A DNA stretch of 64,000 bases from an uncultured Candidatus Rokubacteria bacterium (GCA_963805625.1 CAWDVE010000017.1:64001-128000); one strand, 5' to 3'; positions 43,064-58,637 are shown, counted from the first letter of the stretch. Made by a program: numbers and translations. Notes: a model not told the origin generated them from the sequence alone.

Positions 43064-44565
43064 CACGGCCTCCCGCCGGTCCGGCCGGCCCGCTCGATCG
43101 CCGCCATGAGGGCCCGCGCCTTGGCGACGCATTCCTCCTGCTCCCGCTCCGGCACCGAGTCGTAGACGACGCCGGCGCCGGCCTGGACGTAGGCCGTGCC
43201 CCGCCGCACGAGCACGGTCCGGATCGTGATCGCCGTGTTGAGCGACCCGTCGAAGCCGAAGTAGCCGACACACCCGGCGTAGGGCCCCCGGGCCACGGGC
43301 TCCAGGTCGTCGATGATCTCCATCGCCCGCACCTTCGGCGCCCCGCTCACCGTCCCGTGCGGGAACACCGCCTGGAGCACCTCCCACGGCGAGCGGCCCG
43401 GCGCGAGGGCGCCCTCGACGTGCGAGACGAGGTGCATCACGTGGGAGTAGCGCTCGACCGACAGGAGCTCGCTCACCTGGACCGAGCCGTACCGGGCGAC
43501 GCGGCCCACGTCGTTCCGGGTGAGGTCGACGAGCATCACGTGCTCGGCACGCTCCTTCGGGTCGGCAAGGAGCGCGCGGGCGAGCGCCTCGTCCTCCTCG
43601 CGGTCGCGGCCGCGCGGGCGCGTGCCCGCGAGCGGCCGCATCTCGATCCGGCCGTCCTCGAGCCGGACGAGGCGCTCGGGGGAGGACCCCACGAGCGTCG
43701 CCCCGTCCCCGGCGTCGAGGAGGAACATGTACGGCGAGGGATTCACCACGCGGAGGGCGCGGTAGATCGCGAGGGGGTCGAGCCCGGGGACCGGCGTGGC
43801 AAAGCGCTGCGAGAGGATCACCTGGTAGATGTCGCCGGCCCGGATGTGCTCCTGAGCGCGCTCCACGGCCGCGCAGTAGGCGTCGGGGGCCCAGTTCGAC
43901 CGGGGCGCCAGCGTGGTCGCCACCGCCGCCGGCTCGGGCGGCCGGGGGCTCCGGAGCCGTTCGAGGACCTGGTCGATCCGCTCGCGCGCCCGTGCCTCGG
44001 CCGCCTCGGCGCGCCCGTCCTCGTCGAGGAAGGCGTTCGCGACGATGCGCATCGTGTGGCGCCGGTGGTCGAATGCCACGATCGTGTCCATGAGCGCCAG
44101 GCGGAAGACGGGAAGGCCGAGGTCGTCGGCCGGCCGGCCGGGGAGCCGCTCCCACAGGCGCACCGCGTCGTACGCGAGGTAGCCGAGGAAGCCGCCCGTG
44201 AAGGGCGGGAGCTCCGGATCCCGCGCCGCGCGGTAGCGCCCGAGGTACCGCTCGAGCGTCTCGAGGGGGCGCCCCCGCTCGAGCAGGGTGCCGTCGGGCC
44301 GGAGGACCCGTACCTCCGCGCCGTCACACTCCAGCACGAGGCGGGGATCCCCGCCGAGGACCGAGAAGCGCGCGACCTGCTCCGGCCCTTCCACGCTCTC
44401 GAGGAGGAAGCTCGAGGGGAGGTCGCGCAGACGGAGGTACGCGGAGATGGGGGTCTCCAGGTCGGCGAGCAGCTCGCGCGAGACGGGCACCACGTTGGGG
44501 GCGCCCGCCCGCGCGGCGCGCGCGCCCGGGGCGGAGACCGACGGCGGCTCGGCACGGGTCGACAT
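43063..44565 (-). CDS. trpE: Anthranilate synthase component I
   Basis: [52 protein letters not shown]; AAAGGAG RBS. Confidence 0.95.
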
Positions 44566-44593
44566 CGACGGCTCCTTTCGCGTCACAGAAACC

Positions 44594-44635
44594 AAAAAAG
44601 CCGGGCTCGCGGGGACCGTCCCGCTCACCTCGGCT
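44594..44635 (-). terminator. Intrinsic terminator (trp attenuator)
   Basis: AGCCGAGGTGAGCGGGACGGTCCCCGCGAGCCCGGC-TTTTTT, about 30 nt before the trpE start. Confidence 0.85.
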
Positions 44636-44670
44636 CTGAACTGTCCTGCTCTCGCTACGTCCGGTGATCG

Positions 44671-44772
44671 CTACGCGGGTCCTGGTCCCTCCTGGGTAGA
44701 GCGGCGCCACGAGCGCCACGACCACCGGCGCTGCATCGTCGACCGCCCGGTTCTGCGTGCTCCCTGGGACAT
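44671..44772 (-). CDS. trpL: trp operon leader peptide
   Basis: MSQGARRTGRSTMQRRWSWRSWRRSTQEGPGPA* with 3 TGG codons (alternative ATG at 44736), upstream of the terminator. Confidence 0.85.
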   Translation of the reverse strand: MSQGARRTGRSTMQRRWSWRSWRRSTQEGPGPA

Positions 44773-44782
44773 CGTGCCAAGG

Positions 44783-44811
44783 ACCTTATGGGCCTAGACG
44801 CCGCCTGTCAA
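44783..44811 (-). promoter_or_regulatory. trp operon promoter
   Basis: TTGACA-17 bp-TAAGGT. Confidence 0.7.
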
Positions 44812-44978
44812 GCCCGATGTGCTGACGGGAGCCGGGCCGCAGGCCGGCGTCGCGCTCACCCACCGACCGGGCGGCCGCGCGGAGCCCGTCACCCTCCGCC
44901 GCGCCTCCGGCGGCCCCTCGCGACGAACCACACTGCCGTCCCGCCGCCGGAAACACCACACTGGGCATCCCTGGCGCG

Positions 44979-45431
44979 TCACTCCTTGTCCTCTTCGAGC
45001 CTCTCCACGTCCGCGAGGTCCCGGAGTCGACCGGTCGCCCGCTTGTTCCGGATGAGTGTATCCCGGTCGAGGAAGGGGACCTCCAGGGAGCCGACCTGGT
45101 GCACCACGCGGGAGCGCCAGGCGCTCTCGAAGTCGACACCGGTCAGCGCCGTGAGGATGTCGATGCGCCGAGGAGGCAGCCCGATCTGCAGGACCAGACC
45201 GGGGCGCGCGAGATCGCCAGGACCTGCACCCACCGTCTCCATCGGCGCGCCAAACCGGGTGAGCGCCCGCCACACGCGCTCGGCGTTGACCGGATCCGGG
45301 AGAACCCAGATGTCGAGATCCCCCGTCGCCCGGGGCACGCCGTGGACGGCGAGGGCGTGGGCCCCGACCACCAGGAAGCGCGCGCCGCTCGCCAAGAGGG
45401 CTGCGAGCACATCCTGGAAGTCTTCGTTCAC
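44979..45431 (-). CDS. Minimal nucleotidyltransferase-like protein
   Basis: FLVVGAHALAVHGVPRATGDLDIWV, RIDIL, NKRATGRLRDLADVE; GTG overlaps the upstream stop. Confidence 0.85.
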   Translation of the reverse strand: MNEDFQDVLAALLASGARFLVVGAHALAVHGVPRATGDLDIWVLPDPVNAERVWRALTRFGAPMETVGAGPGDLARPGLVLQIGLPPRRIDILTALTGVDFESAWRSRVVHQVGSLEVPFLDRDTLIRNKRATGRLRDLADVERLEEDKE

Positions 45432-45688
45432 GTGGCCGTCCCGGGCCTCCGACGATCGAGCCGACCGAGGCGAACCGGAGCCGCGGTCCGCGCATAAGCG
45501 GGCATCGGTCGGCCGCTCAGCATCCAAGCCTCGACCGTCAGAGACCAGACCATCGCCAGCCGCTCTTCGGGTGTCGTGGAATGGTCGAGGGCATCCCGTG
45601 GCTCGGCGCCGAGGGTGAAGATCCGCACCGGCCAAGTGCGACGGGACGTCGCCCTGGACGCGGTTCCCGAGGCGTCGGCGCTCGGCAT
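45428..45688 (-). CDS. Small hypothetical partner protein of the nucleotidyltransferase
   Basis: TTPEERLAMVWSLTVEAW; TATAAT 6 nt before ATG; GTGA coupling to the NTase. Confidence 0.7.
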   Translation of the reverse strand: MPSADASGTASRATSRRTWPVRIFTLGAEPRDALDHSTTPEERLAMVWSLTVEAWMLSGRPMPAYARTAAPVRLGRLDRRRPGTAT

Positions 45689-45889
45689 GGCGGGATTATA
45701 CCTCCGGGCTGACGGCATGACGGACGGACGTGCGCGCCCGCTCCACGGCTTGGGTCCCGGTCCGCGTCCTCACACCCTGGTTTGACCCGGCGCTATAATG
45801 GCGCGATCTTACGACCCGTCCGAGACCGGGCGCGCCTTCCCGGCTCGGGGTCGTATCAGCAGAATGGACGATCGGAACCGGAGCGGGTG

Positions 45890-51748
<5,859 letters not shown>

Positions 51749-51795
51749 TCGAAGAAACCGAGCGGAGCCACCGCGCGAGCGGCGAGGAACGGAGC

Positions 51796-52161
51796 GTGGC
51801 CAAGCGCATCCTGGTCGTCGAGGATCACGAGGAGAATCGCCAGATCATGCGCGACCTCCTGACGCACGCGGGCTACGAGATGGTCGAGGCCCACACCGGC
51901 GAGGACGGCGTGATCGCGGCCGGCCGGGAGCGCCCGGATCTCATCCTCATGGACATCCAGCTGCCGGGCATCGACGGCTACGAGACGACCCGACGGATCA
52001 AGGCGGACCCCACGCTCCGCGCGATCCCGATCATCGCCGTCACGTCCTACGCGCTCTCCGGCGACGACCAGAAAGCCCTTGCCGCCGGCTGCGACGCCTA
52101 CGTGACGAAGCCCTTCAGCCCGCGTGCGCTGCTGGGAAAGATCCGCGGGTACCTCGGATGA
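51796..52161 (+). CDS. Single-domain response regulator (DivK-like)
   Basis: ILVVEDH, PDLILMDIQLPGIDG, IAVTSYALSGD, AGCDAYVTKP. Confidence 0.94.
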   Translation: MAKRILVVEDHEENRQIMRDLLTHAGYEMVEAHTGEDGVIAAGRERPDLILMDIQLPGIDGYETTRRIKADPTLRAIPIIAVTSYALSGDDQKALAAGCDAYVTKPFSPRALLGKIRGYLG

Positions 52162-52165
52162 CGCG

Positions 52166-53281
52166 GTGAGGACACCGCCGCGCCTCCTGATCGCCGATGA
52201 CAACCCGCTCAACGTCGACATCCTCCGGACCCGGCTCGCCACCCAGGGCTACGAGGTGCTGACGGCGAGCGACGGCGAAGCGGCGCTGGTGCTCGCGCGC
52301 GCGCAGCAGCCCGATCTCCTCCTCCTCGACGTCATGATGCCGGGGCTCGATGGGCTCGAGGTGTGCCGCCGCCTGAAGGGCGACCCCGCGCTCCCGTTCA
52401 TGCCGGTCATTCTCGTCACCGCCAAGGCCGACTCGCGGGACGTCGTGGCCGGCCTCGACGCGGGCGCGGACGAGTACCTGACGAAGCCGGTGGACCAGGC
52501 GGCGCTGGTCTCGCGAGTGAAGTCGATGCTCCGGATCAAGGCGCTTCACGACACGGTCGAGGAGCAGGCGTCGGCCCTCGGCGAGTGGAACCGCACCCTT
52601 GAGAGCCGCGTGCGCCAGCAGGTCGAGGAGCTCGAACGGCTCGGGCGCCTCAAGCGCTTCTTCTCGCCGCACCTCGCCGACGCGATCGTCCAGGGCGGTG
52701 CCGAGGACCCCCTCCGGACGCACCGGCGCGAGGTGACGGTGGTCTTCGCCGACTTGCGGGGGTTCACGGCGTTCGCCGAGGCGGCCGAGCCCGAGGAGGT
52801 CATGGCGGTCCTCCGCGAGTACCACGGCGAGATGGGCCGGCTCATCCTGGCCCACGAGGGGACGCTCGAGCGGTTCACGGGCGACGGGCTCATGGTGTTC
52901 TTCAACGATCCGATTCCCGTGCCCGACGCCCCGGAGCGGGCGGTGCGCATGGCGGTCGCCATGCGCGATCGCGTCGCCGAGCTCGCCGCGAAGTGGCGAC
53001 GCGAGGGCTACGAGCTCGACCTGGGTCTCGGCATCGCCCGGGGCTACGCGACACTCGGCGCGATCGGCTTCGAGGGACGCTGGGACTACGCGGCGCTCGG
53101 GACGGTGACGAACCTGGCGGCGCGGCTCTGCGGCGAGGCCCGGCCGGGGCAGATCCTCGTGGCCCACCGCGTCCTGGCGGCGCTCGACGAGCTGGTGGAC
53201 GTGGAGCCGCTGGGGGAGATCGCGCTCAGGGGCTTCCTGCGACCTGTCCCCGTCTTTAGGGTGGCGCGGCTGCGGCGGTAG
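52166..53281 (+). CDS. Receiver-domain class III adenylate/guanylate cyclase
   Basis: LIADDN, LLDVMMP; VVFADLRGFT, FTGDGLM, GTVTNLAARL. Confidence 0.93.
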   Translation: MRTPPRLLIADDNPLNVDILRTRLATQGYEVLTASDGEAALVLARAQQPDLLLLDVMMPGLDGLEVCRRLKGDPALPFMPVILVTAKADSRDVVAGLDAGADEYLTKPVDQAALVSRVKSMLRIKALHDTVEEQASALGEWNRTLESRVRQQVEELERLGRLKRFFSPHLADAIVQGGAEDPLRTHRREVTVVFADLRGFTAFAEAAEPEEVMAVLREYHGEMGRLILAHEGTLERFTGDGLMVFFNDPIPVPDAPERAVRMAVAMRDRVAELAAKWRREGYELDLGLGIARGYATLGAIGFEGRWDYAALGTVTNLAARLCGEARPGQILVAHRVLAALDELVDVEPLGEIALRGFLRPVPVFRVARLRR

Positions 53282-53384
53282 GGCCGCAGGTCCATCAGAG
53301 ACGAGCGGGCCGCGCCTCGCGCGCCTTGCGAGGCGCTGGGCCGTGGCGCGGGCGAGCGCGGTAGAATCGCAGCAGGAGGAGTCC

Positions 53385-53582
53385 ATGAAATACAAGATCG
53401 CGTTGCGTAAGAGCGAGGAGGGCTATAGCGTTTCAGTTCCCGGATTGCCGGGCTGCTGGTCGCAGGGGGCCACGGAGGAAGAGGCAATCCGGAATATTCA
53501 GGATGCCATTCAGGAGTATCTTGTCGCGCGCGACGAGCTTCTGGAAGGGGCCGTGGTCCGCGAGGTCGAGGTCGCCTCGTAG
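53385..53582 (+). CDS. hicB: HicB family antitoxin (short form)
   Basis: GYSVSVPGLPGCWSQGATEEEAIRNIQDAI; AGGAGGAG RBS. Confidence 0.92.
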   Translation: MKYKIALRKSEEGYSVSVPGLPGCWSQGATEEEAIRNIQDAIQEYLVARDELLEGAVVREVEVAS

Positions 53583-53585
53583 AAC

Positions 53586-53798
53586 GTGCCGAGAATGCCG
53601 GGAGTCAACCATCAGGACGCAGTGCGAGCTCTGGAGAAGGCAGGCTTCCGAATCGTCCGGCAGGAGAAGCACATCGTGATGAGCGACGCCGTCCGGATCC
53701 TCACCATTCCAAGGCACAATCCCGTGAACGCCTTCACGATGGGTGGCATTGTGCGAGATGCGGGGCTCAGCGAAGACGAGTTTCGCGCGCTGCTGTAA
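53586..53798 (+). CDS. hicA: HicA family toxin
   Basis: VRALEKAGFRIVRQEKHIVM, TIPRHNP, GIVRDAGLS. Confidence 0.9.
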   Translation: MPRMPGVNHQDAVRALEKAGFRIVRQEKHIVMSDAVRILTIPRHNPVNAFTMGGIVRDAGLSEDEFRALL

Positions 53799-53867
53799 CT
53801 ACGCTTCGCTGGGGCGCCGTAAAGGGGGGCTCGCGGCGTTTCGCCGCCTGTGGCATGGTATGGCGTC

Positions 53868-54650
53868 ATGCCGCAGGCCGCCGATCCCTTGTCCTCTTTC
53901 TGGGACGATGTCGGCGCGAACTTTCCGTCGCTGAAGGGCGCGCCGTCCACGGCCTACTACTTCGATTGTGAGCGCTGGCTCTTCGAGACGTACCTCCCCA
54001 AGCTCCGAGACCTCGTCGTCTTCAAGACCGACCTCTGGGACGAGGCGAAGAACACCGAGATCCTGCGGTGGGCGGCCGATCGCGGCGCCCGTCCGATGGG
54101 CGTCGACGTGTCGATCGACGTCGTGCGGGAAGCGGGCAAGGTGCTGCACGCCCATCGCCCGGGTTTCATTGTCGGCGACGTGCGGGCGATCCCGTTCCGG
54201 GACGGCGCGGTTGACGCGGTCTACTCGATGGGAACGATCGAGCACTTCCAGGAATACGCCCAGGCGGTCCGGGAGATCTTCCGGGTCCTCAAGCCGGGCG
54301 GGACGGCCATCGTCGGCGTGCCCAACAAGCTCGATCCGTTCCTCAGGCCGCTCCTGGTCCACGTGCTGAACCTCGTGGGGCTGTACGGCTACGGGATGGA
54401 GAAGTCGTTCACGCCCGCCGCGCTCCAGCGCCTGCTGGAGTCGGCCGGCTTCCGCGTCACCGCGCGGACGGGCATCCTCTTCATCCCCGGCTGGCTCCGG
54501 ATGCTGGAGTTGTGGCTCTACACGCGGCACTCCCGGCTCACCGGCGCCACGACCCCGCCCGTCCGCTTGTTCGCCTGGCTGTACCGGCGGTTCCCCGCCG
54601 TCCGGCGCCACGGCTACCTGACCGTCTGCGTGGCGGAGCGCCCGGCCTGA
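53868..54650 (+). CDS. Class I SAM-dependent methyltransferase
   Basis: GVDVS, VGDVRAIPFRDG, TIEH, RVLKPGG. Confidence 0.85.
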   Translation: MPQAADPLSSFWDDVGANFPSLKGAPSTAYYFDCERWLFETYLPKLRDLVVFKTDLWDEAKNTEILRWAADRGARPMGVDVSIDVVREAGKVLHAHRPGFIVGDVRAIPFRDGAVDAVYSMGTIEHFQEYAQAVREIFRVLKPGGTAIVGVPNKLDPFLRPLLVHVLNLVGLYGYGMEKSFTPAALQRLLESAGFRVTARTGILFIPGWLRMLELWLYTRHSRLTGATTPPVRLFAWLYRRFPAVRRHGYLTVCVAERPA

Positions 54651-54743
54651 CGCACCCCGGGGCCCCGCGGCGCGCTCGCGCGACGTGATCGCGGGCCCGC
54701 GCGGCCGGGCGCGCGGGGCCCGATGCTATACTCGATTCCTGCC

Positions 54744-56078
54744 ATGAACGTCCACCTCGTGAGCCTCGGCTGCCCCAAGAACCAGGTCGACGGTGAGCTG
54801 ATGCTCGGGCTGCTCGCCAGGGACGGGGTGGCCCCTGTGGCCGCGGCCGAGGCCGCCGACTGCGTCGTCGTGAACACCTGCGCGTTCATCGACCGGGCCA
54901 AGCAGGAATCGATCGAGACGATCCTCGAGCTGGCGGCGTGGAAGGCCCGGGTCCCGGGCCGGCGCCTCGTCGTCACCGGGTGCCTCCCCCAGCGTTACGG
55001 CGCCGAGCTCCTGTCCGAGATGCCGGAGATCGACGCGCTCGTCGGGACCGGGGAGCTGCCGCGCATCGTGGACGTGGTCCGCCGGCTGGACACGCGCGAC
55101 GCCTGGGTCGCGGGCGCCCCTCCGGGATACGTGTACCGGGCCGATGCCCCGCGGGTGCGTCTCGGCCAGGTGCCGTACGCCTACGTGAAGATCGCCGAGG
55201 GCTGCAACATGGGCTGCACCTTCTGCGCGATCCCACTCATGCGCGGACGTCACCGGAGCCGTCCGCTCGCCGACGTCGTGGCCGAGGTGGCGGCGCTCGC
55301 GCGGGACGGCGTCCAGGAGGTGGTGCTGGTCTCCCAGGATACCCTCGCGTGGGGGAAGGACCTGCCCGGCGGGCCGGGGCGATCGGACTTCGGCGACCTG
55401 CTCCTCGCGCTCTCCGAGACGGCGGTCCCGTGGCTCCGCTATCTCTATCTCCACCCGGCGCACGTGACGGACGGGCTCGTCCGGAAGCTCGCACGGGCCC
55501 GGGCGCTCCCGTACGTGGACATGCCGATCCAGCACGCCGACGACGGCGTGCTGCGCGCCATGCGGCGCGGGGTGACGCAGCGGCGCATGGCGGAGATCGT
55601 CGCGACGCTCCGGGACGCGATCCCGGACGCGACGCTCCGGACGACCGTGCTCGTCGGCTTCCCGGGCGAGACCGAGGCGGCCTTCGAGACGCTTCTCGCG
55701 TTTCTCGACGACACGCGCTTCGATCGCGTCGGGAGCTTCGTCTACTCCGCCGAGGAGGGCACGCCGGCGGCCGTGCTGCCGGCTCCGGTGCCGGTGGAGG
55801 TTGCCGAGGAGCGGGCGCGGCTGGTCCAGGAGAGCCAGGACCGCCTGGCCTGGGAGCGCCAGGCTGTGCTGGTGGGCTCGGTCCACGAGGTGCTGATCGA
55901 CGGCCCGAGCGAGGATCCAGCCTTCGCGTGGGAGGGTCGGACGGCCGCCCAGGCGCCGGAGATCGACGGGGTGGTGTATCTCCGGGATCGGGACCTCGCC
56001 CCCGGCCGTCGCGTCCCCGTGGAGATCGTCGAGGCCGACGGCTACGATCTTGTCGGGACCCTCGTCCGCCACCGCTGA
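54744..56078 (+). CDS. rimO: Ribosomal protein S12 methylthiotransferase
   Basis: SLGCPKNQVDGE, NTCAFI..AKQES, KIAEGCNMGCTFCAIP, APEIDG. Confidence 0.95.
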   Translation: MNVHLVSLGCPKNQVDGELMLGLLARDGVAPVAAAEAADCVVVNTCAFIDRAKQESIETILELAAWKARVPGRRLVVTGCLPQRYGAELLSEMPEIDALVGTGELPRIVDVVRRLDTRDAWVAGAPPGYVYRADAPRVRLGQVPYAYVKIAEGCNMGCTFCAIPLMRGRHRSRPLADVVAEVAALARDGVQEVVLVSQDTLAWGKDLPGGPGRSDFGDLLLALSETAVPWLRYLYLHPAHVTDGLVRKLARARALPYVDMPIQHADDGVLRAMRRGVTQRRMAEIVATLRDAIPDATLRTTVLVGFPGETEAAFETLLAFLDDTRFDRVGSFVYSAEEGTPAAVLPAPVPVEVAEERARLVQESQDRLAWERQAVLVGSVHEVLIDGPSEDPAFAWEGRTAAQAPEIDGVVYLRDRDLAPGRRVPVEIVEADGYDLVGTLVRHR

Positions 56079-56541
56079 GGGGCCCGCGCCGGCGGGCCTC
56101 GGTTCGCAGCTGGCCCGCTGGATCGCGACCGTCGGAGGGCTCGGTTACGCGCCCTTCGCTCCCGGCACCGTCACCAGTCTCCCCGTCGCCCTCGCCGTCT
56201 GGTGGTTCCGGCCCGGCGATGTGGCCCTGCTCGGGGCGACGGCAGTGGTGTCGGTGATCGGGATCTGGGCGGCCAGCCGGGAGGAGGCACGCGTCGGGTC
56301 GAAGGATCCCCGGGCCATCGTCATCGACGAGGTCGCCGGGATGCTGATCGCGTGCTACGGGCACCCGCGCACCTTGCCCTGGGTCCTCGGGCTGTTTCTG
56401 GCCTTCCGGGTCTTCGACGTCGTGAAGCCGCTCGGCATCGCCAAGCTGCAGGATCTGCCCGGTGGGCTCGGCGTGGTGGCGGACGACCTGCTCGCCGGTG
56501 TCTATGTGAGCCTCCTCGGTCAGCTGCGCCATCTCGTCTGA
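56050..56541 (+). CDS. pgpA: Phosphatidylglycerophosphatase A
   Basis: APGTVTS, KDPRAIVIDEVAG, FRVFDVVKP, GVVADDLLAG; start uncertain. Confidence 0.92.
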   Translation: MSGPSSATAEGPAPAGLGSQLARWIATVGGLGYAPFAPGTVTSLPVALAVWWFRPGDVALLGATAVVSVIGIWAASREEARVGSKDPRAIVIDEVAGMLIACYGHPRTLPWVLGLFLAFRVFDVVKPLGIAKLQDLPGGLGVVADDLLAGVYVSLLGQLRHLV

Positions 56542-56544
56542 CCC

Positions 56545-57768
56545 GTGCTGACCGCCGAGCTGGTGACCGTGTCGGCCGATCCTGCGGGAACGGGCGCTGA
56601 CGCGGCGCAGGCGGTCGGCCGCGTCCTCGAGCGCGCGGGGTGCCCCGTCCGTGCCCGCCGCGCCGTGCCTGCCGAGGAAGACGCGGTCGAGCGCGCGCTC
56701 CGCCAGGCTGCGGCCGAGGGCGGTTTCGTCGTGGCGGTGGGCGAGGGCGACGGCGCCGGGACACTCCGGCAGGCCCTCGCGCAGTGCCTTGGGAGCCGCC
56801 TCGTCCTGAGCAGTCGCGCCCTCGAGGCCCTCACGAGCGCCTACGCGGTGCGCGGGCAGGCCGTGCCCGGGCGGGCGGAACAGCTGGCCCTCGTGCCTCA
56901 GGGGGCAACGGTCCTTATCCCGGCTGAGGCCGGTGAGCCCGGGCTCCTCGCGGAGCTGGGGAGCACCGTGGTTCTCGTGCTGCCCGCCACCCCGGCGGCC
57001 GCCGTGGCGCTGGCACGGACTCACCTCCTCCCGCGACTCACGCAGGGGCCGGTCGTTCTGGTCCGGACGCTCCGGCTCGTCGGGCTCGACGTGGGTGCTG
57101 CGGAGGCCCAGCTCCAGGCGGCGCTTCGCGGCGCGGAGGGCGTGAGCGGCCACGTGGTCGACACCGGGGAGGAGTGCTGGGCGCGCGTCAGGCTCCGCGC
57201 GGACTCGCCGGTCCGGGCCGATGCGGCGTTCGCCGCGCTCGAGCCTGCTCTCCGCGGGGCCTTCGGCGCTGCCTGGTACGGTGTCGACGACGAGGCGCTC
57301 GAGGTCGTGGTCGGCCGCCTCCTCCGTGCGCGGGGCTTCACCGTCGCCCTCGCCGAGTCCTGCACCGGCGGCCTCGTGGGCCACCGGCTGACCCAGGTTG
57401 CCGGCAGCTCCGCCTACTTCGAGCGGGGGTTCGTCGTCTACTCGAACGAGGCGAAGCAGACGCTCCTGGGCGTGCCGGCGGCGATGCTGCGGGAGCACGG
57501 TGCGGTCTCGGCGGCCTGCGCCGAGGCGATGGCGCGCGGGGCGCGCGAGCGCGCGGGCACCGACATCGGGGTCTCCGTCACCGGGATCGCCGGCCCCGAC
57601 GGCGGCACGCCGACGAAGCCGGTCGGCACCGTGTTCGTCGGCCTCGCGGACCAGCAGGGCGCCGTCGTCGAGCGCTACCGCTTCGACCGCGACCGGGAAG
57701 GCAACAAGGCGCTCTCCGCCGTGCGGGCCCTGGATCTTCTCCGTCGCCGTTGTCTCGAGGCGACCTGA
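56545..57768 (+). CDS. cinA: CinA/PncC nicotinamide-nucleotide amidohydrolase
   Basis: C-terminal AESCTGG, GSSAYF, YSNEAK, GAVS, TGIAGPDGG, KPVGTV; N-terminal domain degenerate. Confidence 0.9.
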   Translation: MLTAELVTVSADPAGTGADAAQAVGRVLERAGCPVRARRAVPAEEDAVERALRQAAAEGGFVVAVGEGDGAGTLRQALAQCLGSRLVLSSRALEALTSAYAVRGQAVPGRAEQLALVPQGATVLIPAEAGEPGLLAELGSTVVLVLPATPAAAVALARTHLLPRLTQGPVVLVRTLRLVGLDVGAAEAQLQAALRGAEGVSGHVVDTGEECWARVRLRADSPVRADAAFAALEPALRGAFGAAWYGVDDEALEVVVGRLLRARGFTVALAESCTGGLVGHRLTQVAGSSAYFERGFVVYSNEAKQTLLGVPAAMLREHGAVSAACAEAMARGARERAGTDIGVSVTGIAGPDGGTPTKPVGTVFVGLADQQGAVVERYRFDRDREGNKALSAVRALDLLRRRCLEAT

Positions 57769-57987
57769 GCTGATCGCGCCTCCGCCCGCCCCCGGCGTCT
57801 CTCTCCGGTGTCATCCCGTATGCGCACGGTGCCGGCCCGGAATGCGGTGTCGCTGTCGTAGCCGCCTGAACGTGCCAGCACACCGCGTCCCCGTGGCCCA
57901 GAGGGCGATCCGCGGCTGGTGGCACCACGGTTGCTCCGATCCTGAGGCGAATGGGAGCCAGCGAGCCCACGACGTGGGGATGCCTCG

Positions 57988-58572
57988 ATGAGCGAGGGGG
58001 CGGTCCGAAGTTTTGTAGCGGTGCTGTTGCCGGATCGCGTCCGGGCTGGTCTGGCTGCGGTGAGTGCGGAGCTTCGCGGACAGAGGCGGGGGCTCGCGTG
58101 GGTGCGGGCGGGCAATCTCCATCTCACGCTCCGGTTCCTGGGCGAGATCGAGCCGATGATGCTCGAGCCGGTCCGGGAGGCGGTGGCGGCCGCCGCGGCG
58201 GCCGTCCCGCCGTTCACGGTCAGTCTCGGGGGGCTCGGAGGCTTTCCGTCGGGGCGGGCGCTGCGGGTGCTGTGGGCCAGCGTTGCTGCCGGGGGCGAGG
58301 AGCTCGGGACGCTCTACGCCGCGCTCGAAGCCGCGCTGGTCGCGCGGGGCATGCCGAGGGAGAGCCGGCCTTTCCATCCCCACGTCACGCTCGCCCGGGC
58401 ACGGGATCCACGCGGAACTGGCGACCTGGCGAGCGTTCTGGGAGTGGGGCCCGCATTCGGCGAGGTCCGGGTGGGGGCGCTCCACCTGATGCGGTCGGAC
58501 CTCGGTCCGGGGGGGTCGAGATACAGCGTCCTGGCGGAGGCCCCCCTGGGCGATCCATCGGGGATCAAATGA
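57988..58572 (+). CDS. thpR: RNA 2',3'-cyclic phosphodiesterase
   Basis: RSFVAV, NLHLTLRFLG, FHPHVTLAR (2H motifs). Confidence 0.93.
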   Translation: MSEGAVRSFVAVLLPDRVRAGLAAVSAELRGQRRGLAWVRAGNLHLTLRFLGEIEPMMLEPVREAVAAAAAAVPPFTVSLGGLGGFPSGRALRVLWASVAAGGEELGTLYAALEAALVARGMPRESRPFHPHVTLARARDPRGTGDLASVLGVGPAFGEVRVGALHLMRSDLGPGGSRYSVLAEAPLGDPSGIK

Positions 58573-58607
58573 CTGGTGACCCCAACATATGGCGTACTCA
58601 TCTTCTG

Positions 58608-58637
58608 TTGACATGTCGAGCGCGCCCCCTCTAGAAT
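58608..58637 (+). promoter_or_regulatory. recA promoter
   Basis: TTGACA-18 bp-TAGAAT. Confidence 0.7.
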
